A DNA stretch of 64,000 nt from Actinomycetota bacterium (GTDB lineage Bacteria; Actinomycetota; Acidimicrobiia; IMCC26256; JACDBD01). Of this stretch, positions 10,062 through 19,092 are shown piece by piece. The DNA lies in the NCBI GenBank assembly GCA_046724655.1, contig JBKOWY010000018.1, positions 8,863 through 72,862 of the forward strand, written 5' to 3'. The notes beneath the pieces were generated by a model, which was not told the origin of the DNA, made no database searches, and was given only the letters and a program-made list of their open reading frames with translations. The position numbers were made by a program, and so were the translations under genes. The first letter of the stretch is position 1. Every line of letters begins with the position of its first letter.

Positions 10062-10393
10062 GTGCTTCGCAGGGTGAAGGGCGATCTCGCCGGAGGCGAG
10101 TCCTGCACGGGCAAGCTCACCTTGGAGGGCGTGATGAAGACCGGCGCGACGTGCCTCGCGCAGGAGCTCGAGGGCACGGTCAAGGGCCGACCGGGCGCGG
10201 TGCGCTTTTGGGCCGCGGCGTCGCGGGTGTCGTCCGCGAGTTCCTCTACGACAAGGACGGCAACATCGTCGGGGCCGACCAGCCGCAAGCCTTTACCACC
10301 GACAACGTCCCGCACTTCGCTGACTGCAACAAGCCGCAGGGCATCACCTTCCTGACCTTCAGCGCCATCGTCGAGCATTTCGGCCGCAAATAG
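10062..10393 (+). pseudogene. small hypothetical gene with an apparent 1-nt frameshift near 10200-10230
   Basis: The plus frame from 10062 (..GDLAGGESCTGKLTLEGVMKTGATCLAQELEGTVKG..) has near-100% GC3 up to about 10205. The GC3 signal and protein-like sequence then continue in the frame of ORF 10151 (..REFLYDKDGNIVGADQPQAFTTDNVPHFADCNKPQGITFLTFSAIVEHFGRK*). Confidence 0.45.
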
Positions 10394-10398
10394 AAGCG

Positions 10399-11001
10399 TC
10401 AGCCGTCGGGCGCCAACCGTGGCGCCCACGACGGGCGCCGCGCCTCGTGCGTCGCGATCTCCTCCTCGTGCTGCAACGTGCTCCCGATGTCGTCGAGCCC
10501 GTGCACGAGCCGGTGCTGCGTGTGATCGTCGAGCTCGAACGGCTCGTCGAGGTCGATGGCGGGCACCGCAACGCGACGGTCGACGACGTCGATGACGATC
10601 TCGACCGTGGGATCGTCCTCGACCGCCTGCATGATGCGCGTCACGACGTCCTGCGGCAGCTCGACGGGCACGAGGCCGATCTTGAAGCAGTTGTTGCGGA
10701 AGATGTCGGCGAAGCGAGGAGAGATCACGGCGCGGAAGCCGTAGTCCTCGAGCGCCCACACCGCGTGCTCCCGTGACGAGCCCGTACCGAAGTTGGCGCC
10801 CGCGACGAGGATCTGCGCGTCGCGGTACCGGTCCTGGTTGAGGACGAAGTCCGACCGCTCGCGCCACTCGGCGAAGAGCCCGTCACCGAAGCCGGTGCGC
10901 TCGACCCGCTTGAGCCAATCGCTCGGGATGATCTGGTCGGTGTCGACGTCGCTGCGTGGGAGCGGGACGGCGCGGGCGACGATCTCCTGCACCGCCTGCA
11001 T
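10399..11001 (-). CDS. leuD: 3-isopropylmalate dehydratase small subunit
   Basis: The 200-aa protein reads MQAVQEIV...VDTDQIIP...GANFGTGSSREHA. Its ATG overlaps the leuC stop (ATGA). Confidence 0.95.
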   Translation of the reverse strand: MQAVQEIVARAVPLPRSDVDTDQIIPSDWLKRVERTGFGDGLFAEWRERSDFVLNQDRYRDAQILVAGANFGTGSSREHAVWALEDYGFRAVISPRFADIFRNNCFKIGLVPVELPQDVVTRIMQAVEDDPTVEIVIDVVDRRVAVPAIDLDEPFELDDHTQHRLVHGLDDIGSTLQHEEEIATHEARRPSWAPRLAPDG

Positions 11002-12404
11002 CAGCCCAGGTCCTCGGGGGTCGTGAAGCGGCCCGCGACGGCGGTGGCCGCGGCCACGGCCGGGGAGACGAGGTGCGTCCGGCCGCCCTTGCCCTGACGT
11101 CCTTCGAAGTTGCGGTTGGACGTCGAAGCGCACCGCTCGCCGGGCGACAGCTTGTCGGGGTTCATGGCCAGGCACATCGAGCAGCCCGCTTCGTCGCGCC
11201 AGTCGAATCCGGCCTCGACGAACACCCGGTCCAGGCCCTCGGCTTCGGCCGCCGACTTGACCGCCATGGACCCCGGCACGACCAGCGCCCGCAGCCCGTC
11301 GCGCACCCGCCGGCCACGCACGACGTCCGCCGCAGCCCGCAGGTCTTCGACGCGCGAGTTCGTGCACGACCCGATGAACACCGTGTCGACCTCGATGTCG
11401 CGCAAAGGCGTCCCCGCCTTCAGGCCCATGTAGCCGAGCGCACGACGCGCGGACTCGCGCTGGGCCGCTTCCGCGAACGAGTCGGGGTCGGGGACGACGT
11501 CGTCGATCGTCACCGTTTGGCTCGGGTTCGTGCCCCAGCTGACGGACGGTCGGATCTCGGCCGCGTCGAGGACGACCTCCTTGTCGAAGGTGGCGTCGGC
11601 ATCGGTCGGGAGCGCGCGCCAGTTGTCGACGGCACGCTCCCAGTCCTTGCCCGTCGGCGCGAAACGACGGCCCTCGAGGTAGGCGAACGTCGTGTCGTCG
11701 GGCGCGACCATGCCCGCGCGCGCTCCCGCCTCGATCGACATGTTGCAAACCGTCATCCGCCCCTCCATCGACAGCGAGCGGATGGCCGAGCCCCGGTACT
11801 CGATGATCGAACCGATGCCGCCACCGGTCCCGATGCGGGCGATGATCGACAGGACGATGTCCTTCGGCGTCACGCCGGCCGGGAGCGCGCCGTCGACCGT
11901 GACTGCCATCGTGCCCGGCTTCGCCTGCGGGAACGTCTGCGTCGCCAGCACGTGCTCGACCTCGCTCGTGCCGATCCCGACCGCGAGCGCGCCGAACGCC
12001 CCGTGGGTGGATGTGTGGCTGTCGCCGCAGACGATCATCAGCCCGGGCTGGGTGAGGCCCTGCTCGGGGCCGATCACGTGCACGATGCCGCGGCCGGGGT
12101 CACCCATCCCGTACATCTGGATGCCGAACTGCTCGCAGTTGCGGGCCAGGACCTCCATCTGCTTGGCCGAGATCGGGTCCTCGACCGGGCGGGCGCGGCT
12201 GGTGGTCGGGTTGTTGTGGTCGATCGTCGACACGGTCAGGTCGGGCCGGCGCACCGTGCGACCGTGCAGGCGCAGCCCGTCGAAGGCCTGCGGGGACGTC
12301 ACCTCGTGCACGAGATGGAGGTCCACGTAGAGCAGGTCGGGCTCGCCTTCGGCCCGGTGCACGACGTGCCGCTCCCACACCTTCTCGGACAGCGCCTGAC
12401 CCAT
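11001..12404 (-). CDS. leuC: 3-isopropylmalate dehydratase large subunit
   Basis: Matching segments are [39 protein letters not shown] and GSCTNSR. The start is taken at ATG 12404; an upstream in-frame GTG is less likely. Confidence 0.92.
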   Translation of the reverse strand: MGQALSEKVWERHVVHRAEGEPDLLYVDLHLVHEVTSPQAFDGLRLHGRTVRRPDLTVSTIDHNNPTTSRARPVEDPISAKQMEVLARNCEQFGIQMYGMGDPGRGIVHVIGPEQGLTQPGLMIVCGDSHTSTHGAFGALAVGIGTSEVEHVLATQTFPQAKPGTMAVTVDGALPAGVTPKDIVLSIIARIGTGGGIGSIIEYRGSAIRSLSMEGRMTVCNMSIEAGARAGMVAPDDTTFAYLEGRRFAPTGKDWERAVDNWRALPTDADATFDKEVVLDAAEIRPSVSWGTNPSQTVTIDDVVPDPDSFAEAAQRESARRALGYMGLKAGTPLRDIEVDTVFIGSCTNSRVEDLRAAADVVRGRRVRDGLRALVVPGSMAVKSAAEAEGLDRVFVEAGFDWRDEAGCSMCLAMNPDKLSPGERCASTSNRNFEGRQGKGGRTHLVSPAVAAATAVAGRFTTPEDLG

Positions 12405-12417
12405 CTCGAACAGCGTA

Positions 12418-12435
12418 TTGGCCGACGTCGGCCAA
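12418..12435. promoter_or_regulatory. perfect 18-bp palindrome TTGGCCGACGTCGGCCAA abutting the putative leuC -10
   Basis: Read directly from the sequence. On the minus strand it is followed by TACGCT (12417-12412) and 7 nt later by the leuC ATG. Confidence 0.4.
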
Positions 12436-12443
12436 CAAACACC

Positions 12444-12487
12444 GTTCACCACGGCGAAACAGTCGCGAAACACAGCCCCCTTACGGT
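12444..12487 (+). promoter_or_regulatory. GlnR-box-like site plus -10 (TACGGT) of the wHTH/antiporter operon
   Basis: GTTCAC-n6-GAAAC-n6-GAAAC (12444-12471) is followed by GCCCCCTTACGGT, and the hexamer ends 6 nt before ATG 12494. It is nearly identical in layout to 38455-38498 upstream of amt. Confidence 0.45.
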
Positions 12488-12493
12488 CCCCGC

Positions 12494-12997
12494 ATGGACG
12501 TTGTCCTGGTCCGGTGGCCCGAGGAGGACGCCCGGCTCCGGGAGCTCCGAGCGACCGGTGCGCCGCGGTTGTTGCTCCTGAACGGTGAATCGGCGCCACC
12601 CGAGCGGGCGGACTGCCTCGAGGATTGGATCCGGCTGCCCGCCGACGACCGCGACGTGCGAGCCCGGGTCGCGATCTTGTCGTCACGCGCCGAGACCGAC
12701 CATCCTGCGCCGCGGGTCGACGACGACGGGTTGCTGCGTCACCGACAGCGCTGGGTCGCGTTGTCACCGGTGGAAGCGGCGCTCGCGGTCACGCTGGTCG
12801 ATCGCTTCGGCGCCGTCGTGGGCCGAGACACGTTGGCCCGACGGGCATGGCCGGACGGCGTCCCGACCCGCAACGCCCTCGACGTGCACGTGCTGCGCCT
12901 GCGACGCCGCATTGCGCCGCTCGGGCTCGAGATCCGCACCGTCCGCTCCCGCGGGTATCTGATGCAGGCGGCGCAGCCGACGGCCGACGTCCGGTAA
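12494..12997 (+). CDS. OmpR/PhoB-type winged-helix transcriptional regulator with truncated, probably non-phosphorylatable receiver remnant
   Basis: The C-terminus [68 protein letters not shown] is a trans_reg_C-type wHTH. The N-terminal part is only about 70 aa. Confidence 0.8.
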   Translation: MDVVLVRWPEEDARLRELRATGAPRLLLLNGESAPPERADCLEDWIRLPADDRDVRARVAILSSRAETDHPAPRVDDDGLLRHRQRWVALSPVEAALAVTLVDRFGAVVGRDTLARRAWPDGVPTRNALDVHVLRLRRRIAPLGLEIRTVRSRGYLMQAAQPTADVR

Positions 12998-13009
12998 CCG
13001 ACGCGCCCC

Positions 13010-15715
13010 ATGTCGGTCACGAGCGTTCTCCTCGACATCCTGATCGTCCTCGTCGCGGCCAAGGTGGCGGCGGAGGTGGCCGAGCGCGTCGGCTTCCCGC
13101 CCGTCGTCGCCGAGATCCTCGCCGGCGTGGCGATCGGTCCGTCGGCGCTCGACCTCGTCGGCACTGAGCAGACGTTGCGCGTCCTCGGCGAGATCGGCGT
13201 CATCCTCTTGCTGCTGCAAGTCGGCATGGAGATGGACCTGGCCGAACTCGGAGCGGTCGGGCGCGCGTCGGTGATGGTCGCGGTGGTGGGCGTCGCCGTG
13301 CCGATGGCGGCCGGGTTCGGCGTGTCCGAGATATTCGGCTACGACGCGAAGACGGCGCTGTTTCTCGGTGCCGCGCTCGCCGCCACGAGCGTGGGGATCA
13401 CGGCGCGAGTGTTCAGCGACTTGCGCGCGCTCGCCAGTGTCGAGGCGAGGACCGTGCTCGGCGCGGCGGTCGCCGACGACGTCCTCGGCCTCGTGATCCT
13501 CACGGTCGTCGTACGGATCGTGTCCGAGGGCAGCGTGTCGCTGCTGAGCGTGCTCGGCATCGTCGCGATCGCCGCTGCCTTCCTCGTCGCTACCACTGCC
13601 GTGGGCGCCCGCGCTGCGCCGCCGCTGTTCCAGTTCCTGCACCGGTACGCGCGCTCCACGGGGACCGTGGTCGCGCTCGCACTTGCATTCACGCTCGCGT
13701 TCGCCGAGCTTGCCGATGCTGCGCAGCTGGCGCCCATCGTCGGCGCATTCGTGGCCGGGCTCTCGCTGTCACGCAGTGCGGTCTCTGACCGCATCACCCG
13801 CGAGCTCGCGCCCGTCGGTCACCTCTTCATCCCGGTGTTCTTCCTCCAGATCGGTATCGACGCCAAGGTCGAGGCCTTCTTCGACCCGACGGTCCTGGGT
13901 ATCGGCGCCGCCCTGCTCGCGGTCGCGGTCGCCGGAAAGCTCGTCGCCGCCATCGGCGCCGCCGGGTCGCCGGGCGACAAGCGCCTCATCGGCTTGGGCA
14001 TGCTCCCGCGGGGCGAGGTGGGGCTGATCTTCGCGACGATCGGGCTGCGCGAGGCGATCCTCGACCAAGACCAGTACGCCGCTCTGCTGCTGGTCGTGCT
14101 GGCCACCACGCTGCTCGCGCCGCCACTGCTGCGCTGGCGGCTCGAGCAACTGCGGGCCGGACGGGCGGCGCGGCGGCATCCGAGCGCGGCGCCGCCCCAC
14201 GGGCGCTGGCTGGTGACGCATGACGGTGTCGTCGATGTCGCCGGCGCGCCGCCCGAGGGTCTTGCCTTGTCGCTCGCGCTCGAAGCGGCGCAGGCGATCA
14301 GCCGGGGCGGTGTTCGTCCCGGCCAGGCGCTTCTCGATTACCTCGGCGATCTCGGTGACACTCCAATGCGGTGGGAACGTGATGCATCACGCCGGCTGTT
14401 CGAGATCCTCCGCACGGGTGACGCGCGGACGTGGCGGTTCCTGGAGACGACGGGGGTGCTCGAGCGCGCCCTACCCGAACTTGCGGAAGCCGTGCGCCGT
14501 CGCCGAGCCGATCCGTTCGTCGTGGACCCGTCGCATGTGCTGCGGTTCTCGCTCGTCGAGGCGATCCGGGAGCTCGTCGAGACCGATGAGCGCGCTGCCG
14601 CCGAGTACGCGCGTCTCGAGCATCCCGAGTGGTTGCTGCTCGCGGCCTTGATTCTCGACACCGCCGGCGAGGACGCGTCCCCCGTTGATCTCGCTCGTCG
14701 GCTGGCGCGGCGCCTCGACCTGGGCGCGACGGCCGAGCAGGAGATCGCGCTCCTCGTCGGCGACTCGAGCCTGTTACGGGCTGCCGCCCAACGCGTGGAC
14801 GGCTTCGACGAGGAGCGCGTGTTCGCACTCGCCACCCACATCGACCGTCCCGAGCGCGCCCGCGCCCTGTATGTCCTCACGCTCGCCCTTGGTGGCCTCG
14901 AGCCGTGGGACCGCACCCGTCTCGACGAGCTGCACGATGTCGTGCTGGCCGTGCTCGAGCAGCCCGATCTCACGGGGCTCGACGCCCGCAATCTCGTCGA
15001 ACGGCGGCGCGCCGAAGCGTTGCGCATGGCCGACAGCAATCGCGCCGTAGCGGAACGCATCGCGGCCGCCCCGCGCACGTACCTGTTGGCTCAGGAAGCT
15101 CCCGACGTCGCGCGGCAGGCCGCGCTCCTCGAGCCGCTCTTGCTGCGCAATAGCGCGCGCGTCGCGGTTGCGCCGCTCGACCAAGGACATTGGAGGATCG
15201 AGGTCGCGTCCCGTGATCGACCGGCGCTGCTTGCGACCGTGTCCGGAGCCCTCGCCGAGTCAGGGCTCAGTGTCGAGAGCGCGGTCGTGGCCACTTGGGA
15301 CGACGGCGCCGCGCTGGAGTCGTTTCGCGTCGTGCCCACCGCCGGGCCACTACCTGACGCCGACGCGCTAACCGCGGCGATCACGGAGGCATTCAGCCGG
15401 GCCCTCGAGGCTCCGCCCATTCCCGATGCCCAGGTCACCTTCGACGACGATGGCTCGCCCTGGTACACGCTGGGCGAGGTGCGCGCGGCGGACCGCCCCG
15501 GCCTGCTGCACGCGATGACGGTCGGGTTCGCAAGCGCGAACGTCGACGTGCACTCGGCGCGGGTGGAGACCGTCGAAGGCGTCGCCGTCGACCGCTTCGA
15601 GCTCACCGACCGCAACGGCCGAAAGCTCACCGAGGCCGCGAAGCAAGCTGTGCTGAGCGCGGTCACCGGTGGAGTCCGCTCCGGCCGCCGCGGCCGGCTG
15701 CTGCGCCGCCGCTGA
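13010..15715 (+). CDS. fusion protein: CPA2-type cation:proton antiporter (N) + GlnD-like degenerate HD region + two ACT domains (C)
   Basis: This is a 901-aa continuous ORF. Residues 1 to about 385 are multi-TM (MSVTSVLLDILIVLVAAKVAAEVAERVGFPPVVAEILAGVAIGPSALD...). The middle has TGVLERALPELAEAV, VVDPSHVLRFS and ALILDTAGED, which are GlnD-like but lack the HD signature. Two ACT-like segments follow: WRIEVASRDRPALLATVSGALAESGLSVESAVV and YTLGEVRAADRPGLLHAMTVGFASANVDVHSARVETV. Confidence 0.85.
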   Translation: MSVTSVLLDILIVLVAAKVAAEVAERVGFPPVVAEILAGVAIGPSALDLVGTEQTLRVLGEIGVILLLLQVGMEMDLAELGAVGRASVMVAVVGVAVPMAAGFGVSEIFGYDAKTALFLGAALAATSVGITARVFSDLRALASVEARTVLGAAVADDVLGLVILTVVVRIVSEGSVSLLSVLGIVAIAAAFLVATTAVGARAAPPLFQFLHRYARSTGTVVALALAFTLAFAELADAAQLAPIVGAFVAGLSLSRSAVSDRITRELAPVGHLFIPVFFLQIGIDAKVEAFFDPTVLGIGAALLAVAVAGKLVAAIGAAGSPGDKRLIGLGMLPRGEVGLIFATIGLREAILDQDQYAALLLVVLATTLLAPPLLRWRLEQLRAGRAARRHPSAAPPHGRWLVTHDGVVDVAGAPPEGLALSLALEAAQAISRGGVRPGQALLDYLGDLGDTPMRWERDASRRLFEILRTGDARTWRFLETTGVLERALPELAEAVRRRRADPFVVDPSHVLRFSLVEAIRELVETDERAAAEYARLEHPEWLLLAALILDTAGEDASPVDLARRLARRLDLGATAEQEIALLVGDSSLLRAAAQRVDGFDEERVFALATHIDRPERARALYVLTLALGGLEPWDRTRLDELHDVVLAVLEQPDLTGLDARNLVERRRAEALRMADSNRAVAERIAAAPRTYLLAQEAPDVARQAALLEPLLLRNSARVAVAPLDQGHWRIEVASRDRPALLATVSGALAESGLSVESAVVATWDDGAALESFRVVPTAGPLPDADALTAAITEAFSRALEAPPIPDAQVTFDDDGSPWYTLGEVRAADRPGLLHAMTVGFASANVDVHSARVETVEGVAVDRFELTDRNGRKLTEAAKQAVLSAVTGGVRSGRRGRLLRRR

Positions 15716-15745
15716 TGGACCCGGGCGCGCGACGCTGGTCGCCGC

Positions 15746-17539
15746 ATGCGGTTGGGCGTCGACACCGGCGGAACGTTCACCGACCTGGTCGCTGACGACG
15801 GGCGGGTCGTCAAGGTCCCCTCCACGCCGGACGACCCGACGCAGGCGCTGCGGGCCGCCCTTGACGGTGCCGGCGCCGGGCGCGACGCCGAGCTGCTCGC
15901 GCACGGCACCACCGTCGCCACGAACGCCCTGCTCCAAGGGAGCGGAGCGCGTGTTGCGCTCGTGACCACGAAGGGATTCGCGGACGTCATCGAGATCGCC
16001 CGCCAGGCTCGGCCGTCGCTGTACGACCCGATGGCCGACCGGCCGCCACCGCTCGTTCCCCGTGACCTGCGCCTCGAGGTCGAGGGACGGCTGGACGGAC
16101 GAGGTCGCGTGATCGAGCGGTTCGACGCGTCGCGTATGCCCGAGCTGCCGGCGGACGTCGACGCGGTGGCGGTGTGTTTACTGCACGCCGACCTCGACGC
16201 CGGCCACGAGCAGCAGGTCGCCAAGGAGGTCGTCGCGCGCGGCCTCGACGTGACGTGCTCGCACGAGGTGTCCCCCGAGTTCCGGGAGTACGAGCGGATC
16301 GTGACGACGGTCGCGAACGCGCTTCTGCGCCCGGTGTGCCGCGACTACCTCCGCGGCATCGACGGCATTGCCCGCGAGGTGCTGGTGATGACATCGGCGG
16401 GCGGGCTCGTGCCGGTTGCCGAGGCTGCGGAACGTCCCGCCGCGCTACTGCTCTCGGGGCCTGCCGGTGGCGTCCGCGCCGCCGCCGCGATCGCGGCGGC
16501 GTGCGGGTATCCCGACGCGGTGTCGTTCGACATGGGTGGGACGAGCACCGACGTGTGTCTCGTGCGCGGCGGCGTGCCCGAGCCCGCGCCGGCGAGGACG
16601 GTCGCCGGGTACCCGATCCGGCTCCCGGCCCTCGACATCCACACGATCGGCGCCGGCGGCGGATCGGTGGCGCGCCTCGACGCCGGCGGCGCGCTCGTGG
16701 TCGGTCCCGAGAGCGCCGGCGCGGTGCCGGGACCGGCGTGTTACGGGCGCGGCGGCGAACAGGCGACGGTGACCGACGCGGACCTCGTGCTCGGCCGCAT
16801 CCCGGCCGGCGCCACCTTCGCGGGACTGGGCCGCCTCGACGAGCAGGCCGCGCAGCGTGCGCTCGAACGTGCGCGGGTCGAGGCGGACGGTGTCGCCACC
16901 GTCGTCGACGCCGCAATGGAACGTGCCGTGCGCGTCGTGACCGTCGAGCGCGGTGTCGACGCGCGCGACCTCGCCTTGGTGGCGTTCGGCGGCGCCGGTC
17001 CGCTTCACGCCTGCGCGATCGCCGGCGCGCTCGGCATGCGCGCCGTCATCATCCCGCCGCGCGCCGGTGTGCTCTCGGCCGTGGGCCTCGTGTGCTCGCC
17101 CCGGGAGCGCGAGCTCGTGCGGTCGTGGCCGGAGCCACTGGAGCACGGCGGCATCGATCGCTCGCTCGACGCGCTGGCCGAGGAGGCGGCCGCGCTCGTG
17201 CTGCACGGCGATGACCCGGGTGACGTGGAAGTGGAACGCCTGGTGGACTGCCGGTACGCGGGGCAGAGCCACGAGCTCACGGTGACGGGCCCGGCTGCGT
17301 TTCCCGTCGAACACGAACGCCGCAACGGCTTCGCCCGGCCCGGCGCGCCGGTCGAGATCGTTGCGCTGCGCGTGCGGGCGCGACGGCCGGCGCCACTCAC
17401 GCCGGACGAGCTGCCGCCGATCGAGCGGCCGTCCCTGCGCGGGCCCGAGGTCGTGGCCGAGCCCGACTGCACGGTCTGGCTACCCGACGGCTGGCGCGCC
17501 GACCCGGGTCCACTCGGCGCGTGGGTGCTTCGGCAATGA
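15746..17539 (+). CDS. hydantoinase/oxoprolinase family protein, A subunit type
   Basis: MRLGVDTGGTFTDLV, HGTTVATNALL and FDMGGTSTDV are typical of HyuA/OplA-type proteins. Confidence 0.88.
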   Translation: MRLGVDTGGTFTDLVADDGRVVKVPSTPDDPTQALRAALDGAGAGRDAELLAHGTTVATNALLQGSGARVALVTTKGFADVIEIARQARPSLYDPMADRPPPLVPRDLRLEVEGRLDGRGRVIERFDASRMPELPADVDAVAVCLLHADLDAGHEQQVAKEVVARGLDVTCSHEVSPEFREYERIVTTVANALLRPVCRDYLRGIDGIAREVLVMTSAGGLVPVAEAAERPAALLLSGPAGGVRAAAAIAAACGYPDAVSFDMGGTSTDVCLVRGGVPEPAPARTVAGYPIRLPALDIHTIGAGGGSVARLDAGGALVVGPESAGAVPGPACYGRGGEQATVTDADLVLGRIPAGATFAGLGRLDEQAAQRALERARVEADGVATVVDAAMERAVRVVTVERGVDARDLALVAFGGAGPLHACAIAGALGMRAVIIPPRAGVLSAVGLVCSPRERELVRSWPEPLEHGGIDRSLDALAEEAAALVLHGDDPGDVEVERLVDCRYAGQSHELTVTGPAAFPVEHERRNGFARPGAPVEIVALRVRARRPAPLTPDELPPIERPSLRGPEVVAEPDCTVWLPDGWRADPGPLGAWVLRQ

Positions 17540-19092
17540 TGCTCGACCCGGCATCGCTCCAGGTGCTGATCGCGCGGCTCACCGGCATCGCCGACGAGAT
17601 GGGCGCGGTGCTGCGCCGCGCCGCGTACAGCCCCAACATCAAAGAGCGCGCCGACTGCTCGGCGGCGCTGTTCACGGCGGCCGGCGAGCTGCTCGTGCAG
17701 GCCGAGCACATCCCCGTGCATCTCGGGTCGATGCCGGCTTCGGTTCGCGCGGCCATCGATGCGTGCGGCGAGCGCCTTCGACCCGGCGACCAGGTGGTTC
17801 TCAACGACCCGTTCGCGGGCGGCACGCACCTCAACGACGTCACGCTGGTCGCCCCGTGCTTCGCCGGTCGTGACCTCGTCGGCTGGGTCGCCAACCGCGC
17901 CCACCACGCCGATCTCGGCGGGATGGCGCCGGGCTCCATGCCGCCCGAGGCGGTCGACATCCAGCAGGAGGGCCTGCGCGTCCCGCCCGTGCTGCTGACG
18001 CAGGACGTCGAAGCCGTCATCGTGACCAGCTCGCGCACACCGGACGAGCGACGCGGTGACCTGGACGCCCAGCGCGGCGCCAACCAGCTCGGCCTGGCGC
18101 GCCTCGCTGAGCTCGTGACCGAGCACGAGTCGGTGGCGGCGCTCGCCGAGGTCGTCGATTACGGCGAACGCCGGATGCGCGCCGCGCTCTCGGAGCTTCC
18201 TGACGGGCGATTCCGGTTCGAGGACGTGCTCGACTCCGCCGGCCCCCGTCCCGAGCAGCAGTCGCCGGCGCGGGTGGTCGTGACCCTCGCGATCGACGGG
18301 GAGCACGCGACGTTCGACTTCACCGGTACGGACGCGCAGCGCCCCGGCAACGTCAACGCCGTCGAGGCAGTGACCGTGAGCGCGGTGGCGTTCGCGTTGC
18401 GATCGGTCACCGACCCCACGATCCCTGCCAACGGCGGGACGATGCGACCCGTCACCGTCATCGCACCAGCAGGCACCGTGGTCGCCGCAACGCCGCCGGT
18501 TGCCGTCGGTGCGGGCAACGTCGAGGTCAGCCAGCGCGTCGCCGACGTGTGCCTCGGCGCGCTGGCGTCGGCTGCGCCCGGCCGGCTCGGCGCTGCCGGG
18601 CAGGGGACGATGAACAACGTGCTCGTCGGGGGCGACGGCTGGGTCTACTACGAGACCGTCGGCGGAGGGCAGGGAGGTCGCCCCGGCAAACCGGGCATGA
18701 GCGGCGTCCACACGGCCATGACCAACACACGCGACACACCGGTCGAGGCGCTCGAACGGGCGTTGCCGATTCGGGTTCGCCGGTACCGGCTGCGCGACGG
18801 TAGCGGCGGCGCCGGGGCGTCTGCCGGCGGCGACGGCATCGGGCGGGAGCTCGAATTGCTCGAGGCGGCCACGCTCTCGCTCGTCACCGAGCGGCGCGTG
18901 AGCCGGCCGTGGGGTCTCGCGGGCGGCGAGCCCGGCGCGCCGGGGGAGAACTGGCTGCTTCCCGACGGCGACGAGTCACAGGCGCGGCGGCTACCCGACA
19001 AGTGCACGGTGCAGCTGGCGGCCGGTGATGTCGTGCGCCTCCTCACCCCCGGCGGTGGTGGCTACGGCTCGACATCAATCAATCCGCGATGA
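17536..19092 (+). CDS. hydantoinase B/oxoprolinase family protein
   Basis: Matching segments are SPNIKERADCSAALF, HIPVHLGSM and NDPFAGGTHLNDV. The ATG overlaps the upstream stop (ATGA). The last codons (SINPR*) are contributed by the 65-bp repeat. Confidence 0.88.
   Translation: MMLDPASLQVLIARLTGIADEMGAVLRRAAYSPNIKERADCSAALFTAAGELLVQAEHIPVHLGSMPASVRAAIDACGERLRPGDQVVLNDPFAGGTHLNDVTLVAPCFAGRDLVGWVANRAHHADLGGMAPGSMPPEAVDIQQEGLRVPPVLLTQDVEAVIVTSSRTPDERRGDLDAQRGANQLGLARLAELVTEHESVAALAEVVDYGERRMRAALSELPDGRFRFEDVLDSAGPRPEQQSPARVVVTLAIDGEHATFDFTGTDAQRPGNVNAVEAVTVSAVAFALRSVTDPTIPANGGTMRPVTVIAPAGTVVAATPPVAVGAGNVEVSQRVADVCLGALASAAPGRLGAAGQGTMNNVLVGGDGWVYYETVGGGQGGRPGKPGMSGVHTAMTNTRDTPVEALERALPIRVRRYRLRDGSGGAGASAGGDGIGRELELLEAATLSLVTERRVSRPWGLAGGEPGAPGENWLLPDGDESQARRLPDKCTVQLAAGDVVRLLTPGGGGYGSTSINPR

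Noticed and set aside
10046-10377. Minus-strand ORF (MLDDGAEGQEGDALRLVAV...) as a single-frame alternative to the frameshifted plus-strand gene.
   Set aside because: Its codons are the exact reverse complement of the plus frame and have clearly lower GC3 (about 70% versus near 100% over the stretch I counted). Its composition is Ala/Asp/Val/Gly/Arg-biased.
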